From NCBI GenBank assembly GCA_009837445.1, contig VXTM01000021.1:118767-182766 (forward strand): DNA of 64,000 bases, in the 5' to 3' direction. The DNA is from Acidimicrobiaceae bacterium. GTDB lineage: Bacteria > Actinomycetota > Acidimicrobiia > Acidimicrobiales > Aldehydirespiratoraceae. The notes beneath the pieces are model-generated. The model saw only the letters and a list, made by a program, of their open reading frames with translations, did no database searches and was not told the origin of the DNA. Shown here in pieces: positions 6,796-14,131 of this stretch (positions are counted from its first letter, which is position 1; every line of letters starts with the position of its first letter). A program made the position numbers and the translations under genes.

Positions 6796-8253
6796 TTGTG
6801 GGCCGTGCCCCGACGACTCGAGATCGAACTCACCAGCCGCCGAGACGACGGCACCTGGACGTGGAGGGCCGCCGGCGCACGGCAGCCCAAGGGCGAGGTC
6901 TCGGGCGACCTGGTTCCCGACGCGGCCGCGGTCGGCTCGGTGCTGAAGGCCGAGGTGGACGGTGGACTGGACGGTATAGAGATCACCGCCCTGGCAGCCC
7001 CCCGAACCCGCGCGGAGCCCGCAGGACGACTCGAGTTGATCGGAGGGAGCGCGGGACCGCCGGTTACCACCGCCCTGGTGTCGCGTTCCGGGCGCCGCAG
7101 CCGCGGCGACCGAGGCTTCTCGGACGACGATGGGCACTCCCCGGGCGGGCGGCGGCGCGGCCGTGACCAGCGCGAGGCGCGCAAGGGCCGCGACCGCAGG
7201 GACCGCTCCGAGCGTGACTCACGCCGCAAGGACCGGGGCGGCGACGGCGCCCGGGAGGGCGGCGAGGGCCGCAAGCCCCACCGCGATCGTGACGGTCGCG
7301 GCGGCCGCCGCGACCGCGACTCCGACTCGGGCCGCGACGCCGGGCGGGACCGCCGGCGCGACCGGCGCAGCGACGAGCAGCGCGCCTCGAAGGGCCCCCG
7401 GTCCAAGGAAGGCAAGCGCCCCACCACGGCTCCCCGTCCAAGGACGCCCGGCCTCAAAGCCAAGCGGGTCCATCGCCAGGCGGCGCTGGAGGCACTCCCG
7501 GAGGAGCAGAGGCCTCTGGCTCGCGAGGTGCTCAAGGGCGGGGTGCCCGGCGTGCGCCGCTCGATCGACCGCATGAACGCCAAAGCCGCCAAGGAAAAAC
7601 TCCCCCAGATCAAGTCGGATCCGATCCTGGCGCTGGCGGAGCAGCTCGCGCCCGTCATGAAGGCCGCAGAGTGGCATGACCGGGCCGACGCCGCCCTCGC
7701 CGGCATCGCCAAGATCGACCTGCGGGACATCCGCTCCGTGATCGCGGCGGCCGACCGGGCCGCCCGCGATGACGAGACCAGGGCCCTGGCCGAGAGCCTA
7801 CGAGCCGGGCTGATCCAGCGCCTGGAGGTGGACCACCGCAAGTGGCTGGACGAGTTGGCCGGAACCATCGGCGAGGGTCGCACCGTAAGGGCGCTGCGCA
7901 TCAGCTCCCGGCCGGTCAAGCCCGGCTCGCCGCTGCCGCCCGATATGGCCGAGCGCCTCGCCAATATGGCCGCCGCCGACCTGAACCCGACCGCCAACCA
8001 GCAGCGCTGGGCCACGGTGGTGGACTCGGTGGCGGTCTCCCCCGTCCGCACGCAGGTTGTCCCCGAGGGCATTCCCGAGAGACCCAGCGACGACCTGATG
8101 GCCACTATCCGCCGGCTGGCAGACCGGGTTCCCCAGATAGCAGCGCTCTTCGGCATCGAGCCAGCGCCAGCTGCGCAGCCGAGACGGCGCCCACCCCCTC
8201 CCCCGCCGAAACCCGCGGCGGACGGCGAGACGGCGGCTGAAGAGTCTCAATGA
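6796..8253 (+). CDS. Conserved hypothetical protein with a central Arg/Asp/Glu-rich low-complexity linker
   Basis: 485-aa ORF with TTG start. The N-terminal (~95 aa) and C-terminal (~270 aa) parts have ordinary composition. The antisense 544-aa ORF is Ser/Arg/Ala-rich, typical of a GC-rich shadow frame. Confidence 0.6.
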   Translation: MWAVPRRLEIELTSRRDDGTWTWRAAGARQPKGEVSGDLVPDAAAVGSVLKAEVDGGLDGIEITALAAPRTRAEPAGRLELIGGSAGPPVTTALVSRSGRRSRGDRGFSDDDGHSPGGRRRGRDQREARKGRDRRDRSERDSRRKDRGGDGAREGGEGRKPHRDRDGRGGRRDRDSDSGRDAGRDRRRDRRSDEQRASKGPRSKEGKRPTTAPRPRTPGLKAKRVHRQAALEALPEEQRPLAREVLKGGVPGVRRSIDRMNAKAAKEKLPQIKSDPILALAEQLAPVMKAAEWHDRADAALAGIAKIDLRDIRSVIAAADRAARDDETRALAESLRAGLIQRLEVDHRKWLDELAGTIGEGRTVRALRISSRPVKPGSPLPPDMAERLANMAAADLNPTANQQRWATVVDSVAVSPVRTQVVPEGIPERPSDDLMATIRRLADRVPQIAALFGIEPAPAAQPRRRPPPPPPKPAADGETAAEESQ

Positions 8254-9011
8254 TCGAGTTCACCGCTGACGGCAACGTCGCCGTCATCACCATGAACCGT
8301 CCCGAGGCCCGCAACGCGGTCAACGGCGCCATCTCCAGCGGGCTTGAGGCCGCGATCGATCGGCTCGAGGCCGACGACTCGCTGTGGTTGGGGATCCTCA
8401 CCCACACCGGGCCGGTGTTCTCCGCCGGCGCCGATCTGAAGGCCATCGCGGAGGGACGGTTCCGGGAGTTGTCCACAGCCAGGGGCGGCTTCGGCGGGAT
8501 CGTGCTGCGCTCACGGACGAAGCCGCTGATCGCGGCCATCGACGGTCCAGCGCTCGCCGGCGGAACCGAGATCGCGCTCACCTGCGATCTGCGGGTGGCG
8601 TCGACCGCGGCCCGGTTCGGCCTCCCCGAGGTGAAGCGATCGCTGATCGCCGCCGCCGGCGGCCTCGTGCGGCTGCCGCGCACCATTCCTGCGGCCATCG
8701 CCATGGAGATGGTCCTCACCGGCGACCCGATCAGCGCCGAGCGGGCCCTGGATCTCGGTCTCATCAACGAGCTGTGCGAGCCCGGCCAGGCGTTCGACGC
8801 CGCCCGGCGCCTGGCGGACCGTGTCAATGCCAACGGCCCGCTGGCGGTGAGGGAATCCCGCAGGCTGGTGCTGGAGAGCTTCACCCAGACCGATGAGGAG
8901 TCGATCACCGCAGCCGGCAGGGCCCAGATGGGCCTGCGCAGCACCGAGGACTTCGCCGAGGGCCCTCGCGCCTTCATCGAGAAGCGGCCCCCGGTCTGGA
9001 AGGGCCGCTAG
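8250..9011 (+). CDS. Enoyl-CoA hydratase/isomerase (crotonase family)
   Basis: The ATG overlaps the upstream stop (ATGA). Motifs VAVITMNRPEARNAV, FSAGADLKA and GPALAGGTEIALTCDLRVAS. Confidence 0.85.
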   Translation: MIEFTADGNVAVITMNRPEARNAVNGAISSGLEAAIDRLEADDSLWLGILTHTGPVFSAGADLKAIAEGRFRELSTARGGFGGIVLRSRTKPLIAAIDGPALAGGTEIALTCDLRVASTAARFGLPEVKRSLIAAAGGLVRLPRTIPAAIAMEMVLTGDPISAERALDLGLINELCEPGQAFDAARRLADRVNANGPLAVRESRRLVLESFTQTDEESITAAGRAQMGLRSTEDFAEGPRAFIEKRPPVWKGR

Positions 9012-9026
9012 AGGCCGAGCGCGAAC
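9009..9026 (+). repeat. Solo repeat-head-like motif (TAGAGGCCGAGCGCGAAC) filling the gap between two convergent stops
   Basis: Its TAG is the crotonase stop, and the NUDIX stop follows at 9027. It matches the head consensus in 13 of the first 14 positions. Confidence 0.45.
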
Positions 9027-9434
9027 TCAGACGATCGTCGGGATCACCCCGTGGTCGTGCAGGAACTCGGCCAGCCCGTCCACTAGCCGCAACCCGGCGA
9101 CCTCGGTCACGGGCCACCACCGGGCCTCCGATGCGTCGCTCCCGGCGCAGGGGGTCAAATCGCCACTCACCGTGGCCTCGAAGTCCAGGATCACGAAGTG
9201 GTGGTCGTCTCCGATGCGCTCCACCCAGCCCACCAGCCGGCCGCAGACCCCGTTCAGCCCGGTCTCCTCCTGCAGCTCGCGGGTCACGGCCTCCATCAGC
9301 ATCTCGCCAGGCTCGACCCGTCCTCCCGGCACGGACCACTCCCCCGCGCCCGGCGGGCGGCCGCGCCTCACCAGCAGCAGTTCGTCGGCGCGGCGAACGA
9401 TCGCGCCCACCGCGACCTCCACGTCTGAGATCAT
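9027..9434 (-). CDS. NUDIX hydrolase
   Basis: Nudix box GGRVEPGEMLMEAVTRELQEETGL. Confidence 0.85.
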   Translation of the reverse strand: MISDVEVAVGAIVRRADELLLVRRGRPPGAGEWSVPGGRVEPGEMLMEAVTRELQEETGLNGVCGRLVGWVERIGDDHHFVILDFEATVSGDLTPCAGSDASEARWWPVTEVAGLRLVDGLAEFLHDHGVIPTIV

Positions 9435-9931
9435 CGAGGAGGTTTGGCGTTGTCTGTAAGCGAGTGGTGCACGGTTATGGCCCGTGCGACCAGACCGTGG
9501 GTCTCGAAGAAGTTCTTCGTTTCCCGGTCGCCGGGCAGCGCCAGGCTGTCGACCCCGATGCAGGCGCGCCGCCGGGCCCAGTCCATCAGCGCGTCCATCA
9601 TCGCCTCCCCCACCCCGACACCCCGCGCCTCAGGCATCACATAGATGTCGGTAACTCGCCCCAGCACGGCACCGTCGTGGAGCTCGACCAGGCGGATCAC
9701 CCCGTAACCGACGACCGCTTCGTCGATGGTGCCGACCACCACCAGCGCGTCGTCTGATCGATGGTCACGGTCCAGGCTCTGCTCCAGCGGCTCGGCTCGC
9801 GCCTCCAGACGGGCCCACACGTAGCCGCCGCGGCGGGGAGCCAGCTCGGCAGCTGCGGTGACCGCCAGCTCGGTGACCGCCGCGATGTCGGAGTCGGCCG
9901 CCCGTCTAGCCCCCTCGTCTATCGAGGTCAC
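9431..9931 (-). CDS. GNAT-family N-acetyltransferase
   Basis: Acetyl-CoA binding region YVMPEARGVGVGEAMMDALMDWARRR. GTG start. The stop overlaps the NUDIX start. Confidence 0.8.
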   Translation of the reverse strand: MTSIDEGARRAADSDIAAVTELAVTAAAELAPRRGGYVWARLEARAEPLEQSLDRDHRSDDALVVVGTIDEAVVGYGVIRLVELHDGAVLGRVTDIYVMPEARGVGVGEAMMDALMDWARRRACIGVDSLALPGDRETKNFFETHGLVARAITVHHSLTDNAKPPR

Positions 9932-10448
9932 CCTGGATCCTCTCGATGGACTCGCAGGGCTCCTCGCCCGACGGGCAGACCGGATTGGCCCGCGATCCGA
10001 ACTGCGACACGCTCACGATGAGGAAGCACTGGTTGCAGGTCCATTCGTCCGAACGCGGCGGCGCCACCGACGCGGCAGCCTTGGTCTGACCGGGGGCCTC
10101 CTCCTCCTCGTCCTCCTCGTCGTCGTCACTCGCCGCGATGCGGTCCCGGAGGATCTCCTCCAGGTCGGCCTCCACGTCGCTGGGGTGAACCTCCTCGTCG
10201 TCGTCGTCCTCAGCCGGCAACGGGACATCGTCGTCGTCCTCGTCGTCCTCGTCGTTCTCCTCCAACTCGGCTTTACCGTCGTCGTCGCCGATGCCGTCCT
10301 CGTCGTCGGTGAAATCCTCGTCGTCGGTGAAATCCTCGTCATCGCCGAAGTCCTCATCGTCGCCGAAATCCTCGTCTATTTCGGCTTCGAATTCCTCCCC
10401 GTCGCCGAAGTCGAGATCGGCGTCGTCAAGAGGGTGTTTGTCGGTCAT
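9906..10448 (-). CDS. Acidic DUF4193-like protein with a C-terminal Cys cluster
   Basis: The N-terminal two thirds are about 50% Asp/Glu. The C-terminal part reads EWTCNQCFLIVSVSQFGSRANPVCPSGEEPC, which as I recall is the DUF4193 pattern conserved in Actinobacteria. Confidence 0.65.
   Translation of the reverse strand: MTDKHPLDDADLDFGDGEEFEAEIDEDFGDDEDFGDDEDFTDDEDFTDDEDGIGDDDGKAELEENDEDDEDDDDVPLPAEDDDDEEVHPSDVEADLEEILRDRIAASDDDEEDEEEEAPGQTKAAASVAPPRSDEWTCNQCFLIVSVSQFGSRANPVCPSGEEPCESIERIQGDLDRRGG
10298..10369 (-). repeat. Coding tandem repeat, 4 x 18 nt (DEDF[GT]D hexapeptide units) inside the DUF4193 gene
   Basis: Units cctcgtcgtcggtgaaat, cctcgtcgtcggtgaaat, cctcgtcatcgccgaagt, cctcatcgtcgccgaaat. 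Confidence 0.9.
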
Positions 10449-10603
10449 CTCTACTGCTGAGGGGTCGCGGCCGGGGGACGTGGGCGGATCATAGACACAG
10501 ATCGACGAAGTGCGACGGCATTTCCGGGCGGCGCGACTAGGCGACTGCTCGAGTATGCGAGCGAATCCGGCTCATACCAGGCCAGGCCGTGGCTCGAGCC
10601 GGC

Positions 10604-12247
10604 TTACAGGCTCGAGGACGGGTGGGACTGCGATGCCCTCAGTTGCTCGGCCCGCTTCTCCGCGTCGAGCCGGCCCAGCCCGAGATCCTGCTCATGGTTG
10701 ACGAACGACATGAGCTCCGCGACCGCGACGTGACCGGCCTCCTCGGCGATGAGACGGTGCATCTGCTGGCACACGCGCCGGTAGGCCGGATGTCCCTGCA
10801 GGGTGGTGCGCAGCTCGACCATGTGCATGGCCTCGCGGGCGTTCATCTGCATCGAGTAGCGCACCCGGTAGGCGAGGGCGACTGCGTAGGCGGCCTGATC
10901 CGGCAGCTCGGCGCTGAGCGCCTCGTAGAGCCGGGCCGACCGGCCCATCACCTCGTCGAACTGCTCGTCCACACCGGCCGCGCCGACCGCTTCGGGCCGG
11001 ACGAAGCCGTGGCGGGTGGACAGGGGCTGCCATTCGATGGTGAGCATCCGGTGGCGCTGCAGGTCGCGGAACGCCCCGTAGTCGGACAGCACATCGAAGC
11101 GGTAGTAGACGCGCTCGAGGGCCCGGCCGGGCCGGTGGCGGCGGTTCGTGCGCTCACCGCAATAGGACCGCACCACATCGACGCGCTCGGCGGCCGACAT
11201 GGACCTCACCCTGGCCTCGATGGTGCGCTCCGGAAGCGACGTGTGGGGGTACAGCATCGCGGTGATCACCTTCGTCTCCCCGTCGGGATCGAAGTCCATC
11301 AGCTCCACCGAGTCGTCGGTCACCGGGCCTCCGACGGCGTCGCCGAATACCCGGCCGGCCAGGTCGTCCATGGCGGCGCGGTTGCCCGCCATGTAGCGGG
11401 TGGTGAGCTCGCCCCGGTCGGGCAGGTCCACCCGCTTCAGGAACGATGGGATCACCTTGCGCAGTTCGGTGAGCATCATCTCGGCATAGGAGCGCGACTC
11501 GGGAAGGGGGTGGGCCCGCATCCGCAGCAGCAGGGCCTCATAGGACTGGCCCGTCCCGTAGATGCCCACGTTGCTCAGGGACGCAGCCGGCAGCATCCCG
11601 CGGATGGAGTCCAGCGCCCGGGCCTTGATGGCCTGCCGGTAGGCGAAGTCAGAGTCGCCCTCCTGCTTGGGAACGTTGGCCCGGAAGAAGTCCTGCATGA
11701 CCGGGACGAGCTCCGAGTAGGTCGTGAACATGCGGTCGATGTCGCCCACATAACGGGTGCCCAGCGACGAGTTGAGCACCTGGGCGTCCCGGTAGTAGCG
11801 GTACCGCCCGCCCAGCCGCTGGTCGTAGGCGATGTAGCGGGTGCTCTGCTCGAGGTAGGCCATCAGCCGGCCCCACTCCAGCACTTTGGTGAGGAGGTTG
11901 GAGGCCTGCTCGCAGGCCAGATGGACACCGCCCAACTGGGCCACGGAGTCGTCGCCGTACTCGAAGAAGACCCGGTCGTACAGGGCCTCGGCTCTGCGCA
12001 GGCCGACGGTTGCGTCGATGGTGATGTCGCCCGTGATGTCCAAGTCGTCGACGAACTCGTCGAGGAACAGCCGGCGCAGACTCGACATCGAGCGCGAGTA
12101 GCGGGCGAACAGGGCGCCCTTCACGACCTCGGGCAGGTTCACCAGCGCGAACACCGGCTGGTCCAGGTTGGTGAAGTACCGGCGCAGTATGTCGGCCTCG
12201 TCCGCAGAGAAGGACTCAGCCGCGTACAGGTTCACGGGGCGCGACAC
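10604..12247 (-). CDS. Long (547 aa) ThyX/Thy1-domain protein (FAD-dependent thymidylate synthase family)
   Basis: Motifs ALFARYSRS, DLQRHRMLT (RHR motif) and HMVELRTTLQGHPAYRRV. It is about twice the length of canonical ThyX, and the Ser of the RHRxxS signature is Thr. Confidence 0.6.
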   Translation of the reverse strand: MSRPVNLYAAESFSADEADILRRYFTNLDQPVFALVNLPEVVKGALFARYSRSMSSLRRLFLDEFVDDLDITGDITIDATVGLRRAEALYDRVFFEYGDDSVAQLGGVHLACEQASNLLTKVLEWGRLMAYLEQSTRYIAYDQRLGGRYRYYRDAQVLNSSLGTRYVGDIDRMFTTYSELVPVMQDFFRANVPKQEGDSDFAYRQAIKARALDSIRGMLPAASLSNVGIYGTGQSYEALLLRMRAHPLPESRSYAEMMLTELRKVIPSFLKRVDLPDRGELTTRYMAGNRAAMDDLAGRVFGDAVGGPVTDDSVELMDFDPDGETKVITAMLYPHTSLPERTIEARVRSMSAAERVDVVRSYCGERTNRRHRPGRALERVYYRFDVLSDYGAFRDLQRHRMLTIEWQPLSTRHGFVRPEAVGAAGVDEQFDEVMGRSARLYEALSAELPDQAAYAVALAYRVRYSMQMNAREAMHMVELRTTLQGHPAYRRVCQQMHRLIAEEAGHVAVAELMSFVNHEQDLGLGRLDAEKRAEQLRASQSHPSSSL

Positions 12248-12288
12248 TAGAGGCGCAGGCGGGGCTGGGCGCGGATCAGGAGAAGGCT

Positions 12289-13461
12289 TCAGGTCGCCGC
12301 GAATGCGGCTCGTGCGGCCGGCATCGCGGAGGCGTCCAGCCAGCAGTCCAGGGCGGTCATGGCCAGCACCTTGGCGCCGTCGATGACGGCCGCGTCGCCC
12401 TCCGGCCCGCGGGCGTACTCGGCGAAGGCCGGAGTGTGGATGGCGACGTCGTCGGGAGCGACCTTGACCATGGGGTGTATGGAGGGGACGGCATAGCTGA
12501 CGTTGCCCATGTCGGTGCTGCCCACCACCCGGGCGTCCGAGCCGGAGACGGTCTCACGGCCCACCGCGGCGAGATTGTCCAGGTAACGATCGAGCAGCAC
12601 CGGGTTGTCGTTCATGTCGGCGTACGCCGGGTCTCCCCACTCGATGTCCAGCTGGCAGCCGGCCGCGTCCGCGCCCGCCTGCAGGCAGGCGGCCACCCGC
12701 TCCTTGAGCGGCTCAACGGTGGCCAGGTTGGTCGAACGCACGTACCACTCGGTCTCGGCGGTGACCGGGACGATGTTGGCCTTGGCGCCGCCGTCGATGA
12801 AGATGCCGTGGATCCGCTCGTCGTCGCGGATGTGCTGCCGCAGCGCGGCGATCGCGTTGTAGCCGAGCACGGCGGCGTCGAGCGCGTTGCGTCCCTTCTC
12901 GGGGGCGGCGGCGGCATGGGCCGCCGCGCCGGTGTAGCGGGCGTTGAGACGCTGCACCGCCACCGCGTGGAACACCTTGAGCTCGTGGTTGGCGGGATGG
13001 ATCATCATGGCCGCGTCGGCGTCGGAGAACGCGCCCGCTCGCAGCATGATCTCCTTGCCTCCCCCGCCTTCCTCCGCAGGGGTTCCCACCACTGCCACCC
13101 GGCCGCCGGCCTCACCGGCCAGCGCGGCCAGGGCGAGGCCGGCCCCCAGGCCGGACGCCGCGATGATGTTGTGCCCGCAGGCGTGGCCGATCCCAGGGAG
13201 GGCGTCGTATTCGCAGACCACCGCCACCAGCGGCCCGTCGCCGTCGCCGGCCCGGGCCTCGAATGCGGTCTCGAGGCCGTAGGCGGCGCGCTGCACCGCC
13301 AGTCCGTGATCGGCCAGCACCCCGGTCAGCAGGTCGTGGGCGTGGTGCTCCTCGAAGCACAGCTCGGGCCGCTCATGGATGCGGTGGGACACATCGAGCA
13401 GCTCCGGTGCCAGCCGGTCGATCTCGTCGCAGGCGCGCTGCTTGGCTTCAGTGATCTCCAT
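12289..13461 (-). CDS. M20-family amidohydrolase/peptidase (AbgB/HipO-like)
   Basis: Motifs HERPELCFEEHHAHDLL, ACGHNIIAASGL and GTPAEEGGGGK. Confidence 0.85.
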   Translation of the reverse strand: MEITEAKQRACDEIDRLAPELLDVSHRIHERPELCFEEHHAHDLLTGVLADHGLAVQRAAYGLETAFEARAGDGDGPLVAVVCEYDALPGIGHACGHNIIAASGLGAGLALAALAGEAGGRVAVVGTPAEEGGGGKEIMLRAGAFSDADAAMMIHPANHELKVFHAVAVQRLNARYTGAAAHAAAAPEKGRNALDAAVLGYNAIAALRQHIRDDERIHGIFIDGGAKANIVPVTAETEWYVRSTNLATVEPLKERVAACLQAGADAAGCQLDIEWGDPAYADMNDNPVLLDRYLDNLAAVGRETVSGSDARVVGSTDMGNVSYAVPSIHPMVKVAPDDVAIHTPAFAEYARGPEGDAAVIDGAKVLAMTALDCWLDASAMPAARAAFAAT

Positions 13462-13471
13462 GGTGACGATC

Positions 13472-14131
13472 CTAGGGCCCGCCGGGTCGTGGCTGCGCTC
13501 CGGCGGGGATCCAGACCTCCAGCGCCTTGGGCTCCACCCTCAGGCTGAGGGTTCGGGCCCGTTCCAGGCGGTGGCCGTCCAGGTAGACGTCCAGTGCGGG
13601 GTCCAGGTCGTATTGGGCTGCCGCGATGCGGCGCTGGGTAATGTCCGGATGGGGCACATGGGTTCCCGAGGGCAGGCGACGGCGGGCCGCCAGGCGCACC
13701 GGGAGCGGTGGGCTGGCGTCGAACACGTCGAGGCGGCCGTCGCCGGGATGGGACCGGGGCGCCGCGTTCCAGCGGCCGATGAACGATGCGTTGGCCGCCA
13801 CCAGCAGCCGGCCCCGCCACCACGACCTGCGGGCGACGAGATGGGCGACGAACCATCCGAGCCGCCCGTCGATCAGCACCGCGCCCACATCGACCTCGAA
13901 GCGGGCCCCGGACCCGGTCGCGGGCGAGGTCTTGCGGTCCTGTGCCATCCCGAGCGTCCGGGCCAGGTCGCCGCCGGTGAGCACCACCGGCGGCACCGGC
14001 CGCCCGGCCCGACGGGCCTCGGCGACGATCCGGCCCGCGGCGGCGTCGCTGTCCGCAGTGGAGGCGCCCGCCGGGATCTCCCCCTCCTCGCCGAAGTCGA
14101 CACCCCATCCGGGGCCGCGGCCCCCGATCAC
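13472..14131 (-). CDS. Hypothetical protein (resembles the C-terminal half of DAG-kinase/YegS-like proteins)
   Basis: The GTG at 14131 overlaps the helicase stop (GTGA). The segment HPGDGRLDVFD resembles the DGxLDV motif. The longer track ORF upstream overlaps the helicase CDS. Confidence 0.45.
   Translation of the reverse strand: MIGGRGPGWGVDFGEEGEIPAGASTADSDAAAGRIVAEARRAGRPVPPVVLTGGDLARTLGMAQDRKTSPATGSGARFEVDVGAVLIDGRLGWFVAHLVARRSWWRGRLLVAANASFIGRWNAAPRSHPGDGRLDVFDASPPLPVRLAARRRLPSGTHVPHPDITQRRIAAAQYDLDPALDVYLDGHRLERARTLSLRVEPKALEVWIPAGAQPRPGGP

Noticed and set aside
6522-8156. A 544-aa minus-strand ORF opposite the Arg/Asp/Glu-rich gene.
   Set aside because: Its Ser/Arg/Ala-rich composition is typical of an antisense frame. 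The plus-strand product has two regions of normal composition and is translationally coupled (ATGA) to the downstream crotonase gene.
10298-10369. Short tandem repeats (also 17211-17408) considered as a possible CRISPR or satellite array.
   Set aside because: The units are contiguous without spacers, their lengths are multiples of 3, and they lie inside ORFs in frame. They are coding peptide repeats.
12243-12262. ctagaggcgcaggcggggct considered as another solo repeat head.
   Set aside because: It matches the head only loosely, through the TAGAGGC prefix and scattered positions, and its TAG is not a stop codon of any gene. It is probably chance in GC-rich sequence.
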